Source of the DNA: Eledone cirrhosa
Taxonomy: Eukaryota
DNA: 64,000 nt
Reading direction: 5' to 3'
NCBI GenBank assembly: GCA_964016885.1
Contig: CAXHJY010000973.1
Coordinates: 607,914-671,913 of the forward strand
A program made the translations under genes and the position numbers. Each line of letters starts with the position of its first letter. Position 1 is the stretch's first letter. The notes under the pieces are model-generated. The model worked only from the letters and a program-made list of their open reading frames with translations, did not search any database and was not told the DNA's origin. Below, piece by piece: positions 42,142 to 54,234 of this stretch.

Positions 42142-42654
42142 CCTTGCCTGGCTTTCTGGAGAATAGAGGAAAGGTGTTTCCTCAAAAACCAGTATGACTC
42201 TAAAAACCGGTTTGTCTGTGTGTTTACATACAGAATAGCTGGACACTCACAGTAAAGTGACCAGTGAAAAACTCGGTACATCTACATATGTATACGTGTG
42301 TGTATTCATATGCATACTAGTATTTCAGTATACATATGTGGATGTACATCTTTAACTTAATTGTTTAAGCGTCAGTCATACAAAAGTGAGTTACAAATGA
42401 AACGAAATTTAATTTCGTTTCGTTATTTGTTTTTATATATATATAAATATATATATATAAATATATATATATAAATATATAAATATATATATATAAATAT
42501 ATATATATAAATATATATATATAAATATATATATAAATATAAATATATATATAAATATATATATATAAATATAAATATATATATAAATATATATATAAAT
42601 ATATATATATATAAATATATATATAAATAAATATATATATAAATATAAATAAAT

Positions 42655-42705
<51 letters not shown>

Positions 42706-42722
42706 AATAAATATATATAAAT

Positions 42723-42753
<31 letters not shown>

Positions 42754-42760
42754 AATAAAT

Positions 42761-42791
<31 letters not shown>

Positions 42792-42800
42792 AATAAATAT

Positions 42801-42831
<31 letters not shown>

Positions 42832-42838
42832 AATAAAT

Positions 42839-42869
<31 letters not shown>

Positions 42870-42908
42870 AATATATATATATATAAATATATATATATAT
42901 AAATAAAT

Positions 42909-42939
<31 letters not shown>

Positions 42940-42946
42940 AATAAAT

Positions 42947-42977
<31 letters not shown>

Positions 42978-43007
42978 AATAAATATATATATATATAAAT
43001 ATATATG

Positions 43008-43041
<34 letters not shown>

Positions 43042-43042
43042 A

Positions 43043-43153
<111 letters not shown>

Positions 43154-43317
43154 AATATATATATATACAGTATTTTCCGTTGTGTTGTAATATAAATATT
43201 ACACACAGTAGATTATCAGCTCACGTAGAGTTTGCTCGACGGTTCCAGTTGTAGTTCCAAAGGTAATCCGGAGAAAAATAGAAAGATTTGAATGGATACA
43301 GTTTAGTTGAAAGGAAT

Positions 43318-43434
43318 TTATTGACACGTGTTTCTATAACAGTTACATAACCTAAAACAGCTATCTACAAACTTTTAGTTATGCAGACATTCAATATTTC
43401 AATGTTATTATTTACTGTCATTTCATCAGAATAA
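43318..43434 (-). ncRNA. Putative type I hammerhead ribozyme with extended, branched stem II
   Basis: Minus strand reads TTATT-CTGATGA-A-ATGACAGT...ACTGTTAT-A-GAAAC-ACGT-GTC^AATAA. Stem III is palindromic (ACACGTGT). Confidence 0.7.
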
Positions 43435-44020
43435 TATTACTGAGGACCTATTTAGTTTTTATAGAGAATATTAGGAGGGAGGGGTGAAGTTGTTAGAAGA
43501 ATAGTTGAAGGAGTGGTTTTTCGATAGCAGTGAGAATTCTTGGTGGCAGTGAGTAATTAGATTCCCATCTGTTGTTTTGACATTTTTTATGGAATATATT
43601 ATTGGTTATTTTTCTAAATCTATAGAAGGATTAGAGATAGTAAAGATATGCGTGGTTGGTTTTGTGTTTGCACTTAACATTCAGACTTAAATTTTTCTTT
43701 CAAGTGTACGTATTCTTTCACCCACGCATTCACACACAAATATATTTGCACACCTCTACAAAATACATATACTCGCAATTCACATATTCATACTTACATA
43801 TATATACACATGCATACACATATATATACACACATGTATTCATGTACATACATACGCGCTCATGTGTATACATTTTCATACTCAACTTATCTTTATATAT
43901 ACATACGTATAGACACACACATATATACATACATACTCTAGTCCATGTGTACACACATACGCATACATACACATCCACATACACATACATACATACACAT
44001 ATATATATATATATATACAT

Positions 44021-44073
<53 letters not shown>

Positions 44074-44364
44074 CCCACACACACACATATACACATACAC
44101 ACATATATATATATATATATAAGCACTTTAATACATGAATACACTTACATCTAACTATACACATCAAACATATATATATATTTACTTATTTATATACATT
44201 TTCACATATATATACATACTTATGGACGTTTTTAGACACATTCATTATCGCATATTTGTACCTATTTTCATCAGCATATCTTTTCATTATTAGTATGGTA
44301 ATTTAAGGTTATTAATATATGTTGAGAAGAGATTGTTTTTATATTTTTCTAACTAGATTAAGGT

Positions 44365-44910
44365 TTATATAGTTGGGGGATGTCCCTCTTTTATGTAATA
44401 TTCGGCTTGTAGTGGGAAAAAAAGGGTTTTAGTTCTGTGACGGCAGAATAATGTTCGTTCAATTCTGTTATTCAGCAGTTTCTTCTTGTGTGTGATTATG
44501 TAATAAATCTCAAGATTACACAATTTGCAGAAATTTTGGCTCCTGGAAAAGCTTTGGGTTTTAGCTAATTTTTCCCATTTTAGGGTAAACTTTTGATTGC
44601 TATCCCTGAGCGTCCAAGCTTTTTCTGCTAAAGTTGTTACATTTCTTTGGCTCTGGTGTTTTATTGAGTAAGAATGCCTATACAATCGAGATTTAAACGA
44701 TGTTGCCGTTGATCCCACGTAATACCACTCGTTGCCTCCGGATTTAATGGTACACTTATAAATAATATTTTTTTCCAGGCAGTTATTGCCGAGGGGGCAG
44801 TTGTCAGGATAGGTGCAGTTACAGTTGTGTACGTTGGGTTTTCTCTGGGGTAGTATTGCGGACGAACTTAGGTGTGGTTTATTTATGTTCTGTAGTGTAT
44901 TGTTGTGTAT
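44365..44910 (-). pseudogene. Penelope-like (Naiad-like) GIY-YIG endonuclease domain fragment
   Basis: The frame extends upstream of the listed ORF: IHNN...HNCNCTYPDNCPLGNNCLEKNIIYKCTIKSGGNEWYYVGSTATSFKSRLYRH...FCKLCNLEIYYII...LLNNRIE..FCRH. This gives a Cys-rich linker, NIIY/YVG as the GIY-YIG motif, and conserved R, H, E and N. Confidence 0.88.
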
Positions 44911-46101
44911 GTATTTATTTATTTATTTTATTTTATTTACTTAAGTAAATAAAATAAAATAAAATAAATAAATAAATACATACACAAGCACAATAACAAG
45001 CACATAAACACACACTAGTCACCCATCACACAGCAAACAAAACACTATACACACACGCAAACGCATGCGCAAAGAAGACAAAATAAAATAAACAAACAAG
45101 CAAATAAATAAATAAATATATAGACAGACTGAATAAAAATGGCGTAGACATACAATACAACAGGAGGAAAATATAACACCACTGACGATGTTGCAGATGT
45201 GCAACAAAAGATTTATGATAAACTATATATATGTGTTTGTGTCTATATTGTATCTGTATTATTTTTGACCGCCGGTCAGTCAATGGCAACATTGAGGACC
45301 GAGTATATTAGATTACCGATATAAAAGACACAGAAGCGAGAAGCGAAAACCAACCAAACAGTGAGTGTGTTCTGTTATTAATTCTGGCAATATTACACAA
45401 ATATGACCCTCCCCAAGTATGACAACATTTGTTTCGACACACGATTTCATATAAGAAACCTCGCAAAACTAATTCATCGCCGCTATATAAATATATATAT
45501 ACATATATATAAATATATATATAAATATATATAAATATATATATAAATATATATATACATATATATAAATATATATATACATATATATAAATATATATAT
45601 ACAGATATATATAAATATATATATAAATATATATATACATATATATATAAATATATATATACATATATATATAAATATATATATACATATATATATAAAT
45701 ATATATATACATATATATATAAATATATATATACATATATATATAAATATATATATACATATATATATAAATATATATATACATATATATATAAATATAT
45801 ATATACATATATATAAATATATATATACATATATATAAATATATATATACATATATATAAATATATATATACATATATATAAATATATACATATATATAT
45901 AAATATATAAATACATATATATATAAATATATAAATACATATATATATAAATATATAAATACATATATATATAAATACATAAATACATATATATATAAAT
46001 ATATAAATACATATATATATAAATACATATATATATAAATATATAAATACATATATATATAAATATATAAATACATATATATATAAATATATAAATACAT
46101 A

Positions 46102-46155
<54 letters not shown>

Positions 46156-46368
46156 CATATAAATATATACATATATATATAAATATATACATATATATAT
46201 ATAAATATATACATATATATATATAAATATATACATATATATATATAAATATATACATATATATATAAATATATACATATATATATAAATATATACATAT
46301 ATATATAAATATATATATAAATATATACATATATATATAAATATATAAATACATATATATATATATAT

Positions 46369-46415
<47 letters not shown>

Positions 46416-46416
<1 letters not shown>

Positions 46417-46896
46417 GGGATGAGCTGATAAACTCCGACCTCACACACTTACACCTCTCCAAGACAATGTCACTGGACCGAGACCTTTGGCGGTACTCAG
46501 TAACAGAGAAGACCCGCCTTGCCAGTAGGCATCTCTAACAAAAATACACCCCGTCCCGCCACCACCCCCACCCCATCCACACCACCCCGTTCTATGTAAA
46601 GTTATGTTGGTGCCGCGCCATCCAGGCCGAAACAAATGAGATCGTGTAGGTGTCACGACAAAAAAACACACAGTCCAGGCTGTAATGTGGCCGTGTAGGC
46701 AACACGGTAAAAACCTCCCAGACCCACACTGTAAATGTGGTTGGTGTTAAGAAGGGCATCCAACTGTAGAAAACCTGCCAGACAGTCCTATGCGAGCAAG
46801 ACAATCACTCTTGCCTCAAGTGGGACTACCCCCGTCCAAACCCATGCAAGCGTGGAACACGGACGTTAAACGTTGATGATGATGATGATGATGATA
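46416..46896 (+). mobile_element. 5'-truncated RTE-clade LINE 3' end with (TGA)n tail
   Basis: Encodes [34 protein letters not shown]. The UTR is near-identical to the inverted copy at 50026-50670. Confidence 0.88.
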
Positions 46897-46931
46897 TATA
46901 TATATACATATATATATATACATATATACAC

Positions 46932-47011
<80 letters not shown>

Positions 47012-47145
47012 ATATATATATACACATATATATATATACACATATATATATATATACACATATATATATATATACACATATATATATATACACATATATA
47101 TATATACACATATATATATATACACATATATATATATATATACAC

Positions 47146-47230
<85 letters not shown>

Positions 47231-47389
47231 TATATACATATACATATATATATACATATATATATACATATAGATATACAAATATATATACATATAGATA
47301 TATATATACATATACATATATATATACATATACATATATATGTATATATACATATATATATATACATATAGATATAGATATACATATAC

Positions 47390-47421
<32 letters not shown>

Positions 47422-47463
47422 GTATATATACATATATATATACATATACATATATATATATAC

Positions 47464-47499
<36 letters not shown>

Positions 47500-47603
47500 A
47501 CATATATACATATATATACATATATATATATACATATATATATACATATACATATATATATATACATATATATACATATATATATATATACATATATATA
47601 TAC

Positions 47604-47634
<31 letters not shown>

Positions 47635-47721
47635 CATATATATATATACATATATATATATACATATATATATATACATATATATATACATATATATACA
47701 TATATATATACATATATATAC

Positions 47722-47778
<57 letters not shown>

Positions 47779-47795
47779 TATATATATAAATACAT

Positions 47796-47826
<31 letters not shown>

Positions 47827-47827
47827 A

Positions 47828-47878
<51 letters not shown>

Positions 47879-47893
47879 TATATATATACATAT

Positions 47894-48113
47894 AAGGAAC
47901 AATCGACTTTCGTCAAATCGGACCGAGGGAACAATGTTTCCGTTGGTCTTTCCAATTGCTAATACTATCTATCGGTCGCAACTCCAGGTAGAAGGAGCAA
48001 CGTGAAATAAAGTGTCTTCTCAAGGACATAACGCATCACGTGGTCCAGGAATCGAACTCACAACCTTACGATTCCGAATCCAATTCCCTAACCACTCAGC
48101 CACACGCCTTCAC
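47894..48113 (-). mobile_element. tRNA/CORE-like SINE with a distinct 3' tail (family D)
   Basis: Minus-strand head GTGAAGGCGTGTGGCTGAGTGGTTAGG...GAGTTCGATTCC. A second copy lies at 51964-52184. Confidence 0.9.
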
Positions 48114-48172
48114 TATATATACATATATATATATATATAAATACATATATATATATAAATATATATATATAC

Positions 48173-48205
<33 letters not shown>

Positions 48206-48662
48206 AATATATATATACATATAAATATATATATACATATAAATATATATATATATATATATAAATATATATATACATATAAATATATATATACATATAA
48301 ATATATATATACATATAAATATATATATACATATAAATATATATATATACATATATATATAAATATATATATACATATAAATATATATATATACATATAT
48401 ATATAAATATATATATATAAATATATATATATACATATATATATAAATATATATATATAAATATATATATATACATATATATATAAATATATATATATAT
48501 ACATATAAACATATATATATACATATATATATAAATATATATATATATACATATAAACATATATATATACATATAAACATATATATATACATATATATAT
48601 AAATATATATATATACATATAAACATATATATATACATATATATATAAATATATATATATAC

Positions 48663-48699
<37 letters not shown>

Positions 48700-48791
48700 A
48701 ATATATATATAAATATATCTATATATAAATATATATATATATAAATATATATATATATAAATATATATATACATAAATATATATATACATA

Positions 48792-48823
<32 letters not shown>

Positions 48824-49080
48824 AATTTATATACATAAATATATCTATATATAAATATATATATATATATATAAATATATATATATACATATATATATCT
48901 ATATATACATATATATATCTATATATAAATATATATATATATATATAAATATATATATATACATATATATATAAATATATATATATACATATATATATAA
49001 ATATATATATACATAAATATATAAATATATATATACATAAATATATAAATATATACATAAATATATCTATATATAAATAT

Positions 49081-49111
<31 letters not shown>

Positions 49112-49302
49112 AATATATACATATATATAATATATATACATATATATATAAATATATATAATATATATACATATATAAATATATACATATATATAATATA
49201 TATACAAATATATATAAATATATATAATATATATACATATATATATAAATATATAAATATATAAATATATATATATAAATATATATATATATAAATATAT
49301 AT

Positions 49303-49649
49303 ATCATCATCATCATCATCATTTCATTTTACGTCCGCTTTTCCCTGCTTGCAAGGGTGGGACGGGAACTGATTTTGGCTTGATTTCTACAGCTGGATGC
49401 CCTTCCTAACACCAACCTCATTTACAGTGAGTGCTGGGTGTTTTTTTGCCGTGGTACCTCCACGACCACTTTGCAGTGGAATGATAGGGACCCCAGTCCC
49501 TATCATCTCATTTCTACAGCTGAGTAAACTGGAGCAATGTGAAATAAAGTGCCTTGCTCAAGGAAACAACACATCACCCGGTCTGAGAATTGAACTCAAC
49601 CTTTCGATTGCAAGCCCAATGCTCTAACCACTAAGCCATGTGCCTCCAT
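49303..49649 (-). mobile_element. SINE family C, full length
   Basis: tRNA-like head, CORE-like block, internal hairpin, RTE-like tail and (TGA)n. Confidence 0.92.
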
Positions 49650-49672
49650 ATATATATTTATATATATATATT

Positions 49673-49711
<39 letters not shown>

Positions 49712-49851
49712 ATATATTTATATATATGTATATAAATATATCTATATACATATATATAAATATATATATATACATATATATAAATATATATATATACATA
49801 TATAAATATATATATATATACATATATAAATATATATATATACATATAAAT

Positions 49852-49902
<51 letters not shown>

Positions 49903-50025
49903 CATATATATAAATATATATATATATATAAATATATATAAATATATAAATATATATAAATATATATATATAAATATATATAAATATATATAAATATATA
50001 TAAATATATATAAATATATATAAAT

Positions 50026-50670
50026 ATCATCATCATCATCATCATCAACGTTTAACGTCCGTGTTCCACGCTTGCATGGGTTTGGACGGGGGTAGTCCCA
50101 CTTGAGGCAAGAGTGATTGTCTTGCTCGCATAGGACTGTCTGGCAGGTTTTCTACAGTTGGATGCCCTTCCTAACACCAACCACATTTACAGTGTGGGTC
50201 TGGGAGGTTTTTACCGTGTTGCCTACACGGCCACATTACAGCGTGGACTGTGTGTTTTTTTGTCGTGACACCTACACGATCTCATTTGTTTCGGCCTCGA
50301 TGGCGCGGCACCAACATAACTTTACATAGAACGGGGTGGTGTGGATCGGGTGGGGGTGGTGGGACGGGGTGTATTTTGTTAGAGATGCCTACTGGCTGGA
50401 GTAGGTTTTACTATATATTTAGGTAAGGCGGGTCTTCTCTGTTACTGAGTACCGCCAAAGGTCTCGGTCCAGTGACATTGTCTTGGAGAGGTGTAAGTGT
50501 GTGATGTCGGAGTTTATCAGCTCGTCCCAGGTTTTTCTAGGTCTGCCTATTCCGTGACTACCGTCTATCTTTATTGCCCTGCACTTTGTTATACAGCTAT
50601 CGACTTTCATGCGCATCACGTGTCCATACCAACGTAGCCTTCTCTCGAGTAAACAACATGCTAAACGAAT
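50026..50670 (-). mobile_element. 5'-truncated RTE-clade LINE 3' end with (TGA)n tail
   Basis: Encodes [13 protein letters not shown]...[11 protein letters not shown]...DRDLWR, followed by a UTR and (TGA)n. Confidence 0.9.
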
Positions 50671-50688
50671 ATATACAAATATATATAA

Positions 50689-50721
<33 letters not shown>

Positions 50722-50740
50722 AATATATATAAATATATAT

Positions 50741-50777
<37 letters not shown>

Positions 50778-50802
50778 TATATAAATATATATAAATATAT
50801 AT

Positions 50803-50855
<53 letters not shown>

Positions 50856-51148
50856 TATATAAATATATATATACATATATATATATATATACATATATAT
50901 ATAAATATATATATACATATATATATATATATAAATATATATACACACATATATATATAAATATATATACACACATATATATGTATAAATATATATATAC
51001 ATATATATATATATATAAATATATATACACATATATTTATATATAAATATATATATATACATATATATATATATAAATATACGTTATTCCGGGTTGAATC
51101 AGAGGTAACCACAGTAAGTAAGGTACTCAATACATTGCAGAGTATAAA

Positions 51149-51271
51149 AGTTTTAATATATATGAGATTCTACAGGACTAGAACTGTTTCATTCTTTAGA
51201 AATCAGGAATCCTGATGATTTCTAAAGAATGAAACAGTTCTACTCCTGTAGAATCTCATCTATATTAAAAC

Positions 51272-51272
<1 letters not shown>
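51149..51272. repeat. ~60-bp-arm inverted repeat (hairpin) containing a hammerhead-like core
   Basis: 51149-51207 is the reverse complement of 51211-51272 except for 2 mismatches and a 3-nt indel. The loop is AAT. Confidence 0.92.
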
Positions 51273-51303
<31 letters not shown>

Positions 51304-51318
51304 AATATATAAATATAT

Positions 51319-51420
<102 letters not shown>

Positions 51421-51522
51421 GTAAATATATAAATATATATATATATATAAATATATATATATATAGATATATATATATATATATAAATATATAAATAAAT
51501 ATAAATATATATAAATATATAT

Positions 51523-51858
51523 ATCATCATTTCATTTTTATGTCCGCTTTTTCCCTGCTTGCAAGGGTGGGACAGGAACTGATTTGGCTTGATTTCTACA
51601 GCTGGATGCCCTTCCTAACACCAACCTCATTTACAGTGAGTGCTGGGTGCTTTTCTGCCGTGGCACCTCCACGTCCACTTTACAGTGGCATGATATGGAC
51701 GTCAGTCCCTATCATCTCATTTCTACAGCTGAATAAACTGGAGCAATGTGAAATAAAGTGTCTTGCTCAAGGAAACAACACATCACCCGGTCTGAGAATT
51801 GAACTCACAACCTTTTGATTGCAAGCCCAATGCTCTAACCCCTAAGCCATGTGCCTCC

Positions 51859-51860
<2 letters not shown>
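51523..51860 (-). mobile_element. SINE family C, full length
   Basis: Near-identical to 49303-49649. Confidence 0.92.
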
Positions 51861-51889
<29 letters not shown>

Positions 51890-51929
51890 AATATATATAT
51901 CTATATAAATATAGATATATATATAAATA

Positions 51930-51960
<31 letters not shown>

Positions 51961-51963
51961 GAA

Positions 51964-52184
51964 AAGGAACGATCGACTTTCGTCAAATCGGACCTAGGGA
52001 ACAATGTTTCCGTTGGTCTTTCCAATTGCTAATACTATCTATCGGTTGCAACTCCAGGTAGAAGGAGCAACATGAAATAAAGTGTCTTGCTCAAGGACAT
52101 AACGCATCGCCTGGTCCAGGAATCAAACTCACAACCTTACGATTGCGAATCCGATTCTCTAACCACTCAGCCACACACCTTCAC
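51964..52184 (-). mobile_element. SINE family D
   Basis: Near-identical to 47894-48113. Confidence 0.9.
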
Positions 52185-52208
52185 ATATATATATATATAT
52201 TTATATAT

Positions 52209-52260
<52 letters not shown>

Positions 52261-52292
52261 AGATATATATATATATAGATATATATATATAT

Positions 52293-52327
<35 letters not shown>

Positions 52328-52855
52328 TATATATATATATATATAGATATATATATATATATATATAGATATATATATATATATAGATATATATATATAT
52401 ATAGATATATATATATATATATAGATATATATATATATAGATATATATATATATATAGATATATATAGTATTAGTTATACTATTTATGGTTATGTAAACA
52501 CAAAACCTTAAGCAGTTGTAAGTATTTTACACACACCCTAAATAGTGGTAGGCAGTATTGTATTACTACCTTATTACCAGTAAGTTAAGTAGCTCAATGT
52601 AAAAACATCAGATGATTTACAGAGCAGTTATATGAAATATAAGAATCAAAGAACTGTTCAAAACATTATTGTGCTAGATATATATATATATATATAGATA
52701 TATATATATATATATAGATATATATATATATATATAGATAGATATATATATATAGATATATATATATATAGATATATATATATATATATAGAGAGAGAGA
52801 TATATATATATATATATATATAAATATAAATATATATATATATATCTATATATAT

Positions 52856-53197
52856 ATCATCATCATCATTCATTTTACGTCCGCTTTTCCCTGCTTGCAA
52901 GGGTGGGACAGGAACTGATTCTGGCTTGATTTCTACAGCTGGATGCCCTTCCTAACACCAACCTCATTTACAGTGAGTGCTGGGTGCTTTTTTGTTGTGG
53001 CACCTCCACGACCACTTTGCAGTGGAATGATAGGGACCCCAGTCCCTATCATCTCATTTCTCCAGCTGAGTAAACTGGAGCAATGTGAAATAAAGTGTCT
53101 TGCTCAAGGAAACAACACATCACCTGGTCTGAGAATTGAACTCACAACCTTTCGATTGCAAGACCAATGCTCTAACCACTAAGCCATGTGCCTCCAT
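52856..53197 (-). mobile_element. SINE family C, full length
   Basis: Near-identical to 49303-49649. Confidence 0.92.
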
Positions 53198-53254
53198 ATA
53201 TATATATATCTATATCTATATATATAAATATAAATATATATATATATATCTATA

Positions 53255-53288
<34 letters not shown>

Positions 53289-53567
53289 AATATATAAATA
53301 TATTTATATAAGTATATATAAATAAATATATATATACATATATATTCACATATATACATATGTGTGTGTGAGTGTGAGTGTGTGTTGTGTGTGAGTGTGA
53401 GTATGAGTGTGTGTGTGTGTGTGAGTGTGTATACATACCATATATTCTCATGTAAAAGTCAGTAAGTTAAATTAATGGGGTAAGCTATTACATGGATAGT
53501 CCTTCAAAAGGGCTGAAGTTCCTAGTACAATGCTGAATATGGTCTGTAACAACAAGGAGTGACCCCT

Positions 53568-53720
53568 TATCGAACCCACAACATTATGACTCCAACACTC
53601 TTACCATTGGAACAACATGAAATGAAGTGTTTTGCTCAAGAACACAACACACCAGCTAGGAATCGAACCCATGACATTATCATCCTAAGTCCAACACACC
53701 ACGAGGCCTCACACTTTCAC
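53568..53720 (-). mobile_element. Degenerate tRNA/CORE-like SINE 5' fragments
   Basis: GGAACAACATGAAATGAAGTGTTTTGCTCAAG and GGAATCGAACCC (B box, reverse complement). Confidence 0.7.
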
Positions 53721-53735
53721 TATGGCTATATATAA

Positions 53736-53953
53736 CCCTTTAGCATTTACATTACTCTATATTTACTCTTATATTTTCACAGTAAAGGCTTTATCTTACA
53801 TAGTTATCGCACATAATATCAAATCTATGCGATTTTGATATTTATTTTGAGAACAATACCTTAACATAAGTATAAGCAGCCATTTATGGCTGATTTGAAC
53901 ATAAAGGAGTGAGAGAATTCTGACCGGATACAGCCGGTTTAAATGCTAAAGGG
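53736..53953. mobile_element. piggyBac-like MITE (~218 bp)
   Basis: 14-bp TIR CCCTTTAGCATTTA / TAAATGCTAAAGGG. Flanks are ATAA on the left and TTAA on the right. Confidence 0.8.
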
Positions 53954-54234
53954 TTAAAAATGGCCAATGGAAACAGACCCGTCTCATTCTTCTCCCAAAA
54001 CTTAACTAAACACCTTTTGAGAGACGTGGTAATCATAGAGAAGAACCAGTAAATACTTATCGTAGAACTTATACCAGAAATGCTGAGATATATTGACCAG
54101 GTAATATATTAACAATCTCAACCCGGCTGCTTTGTTACATAGGATTGTTTACAAAACTTTGAATAGAACAATTCCTAATCCACATAACCCCTAGGTTCGG
54201 GAGGAATCATTTAATCTAGATGTACAATTTAGTA

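Larger units (their letters stand above)
39142..42436. mobile_element. 466-bp tandem array (5.4 copies plus 1.7 inverted copies), each monomer with a hammerhead motif; putative retrozyme insertion
   Basis: An identical 60-aa pseudo-ORF recurs at 39263, 39729, 40195, 40661 and 41127 (period 466) and inverted at 42064. The inversion junction is at 41659-41663, and both ends abut (TA)n. Confidence 0.88.
43168..45484 (-). mobile_element. 5'-truncated Penelope-like retroelement (GIY-YIG endonuclease plus 3' region), with a palindromic junction at 44942/44943; extent to the right is uncertain
   Basis: GIY-YIG coding frame, hammerhead motifs downstream on the same strand, a fold-back junction, and (TA)n flanks. 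Confidence 0.75.

Noticed and set aside
45175-45484. CTGACGA-TGTTGCA/TGCAACA hairpin (+) and GAAACAA-ATG-TTGTC (-) half-motifs
   Set aside because: Each lacks the other half of the hammerhead core on the same strand, so no ribozyme can be called.
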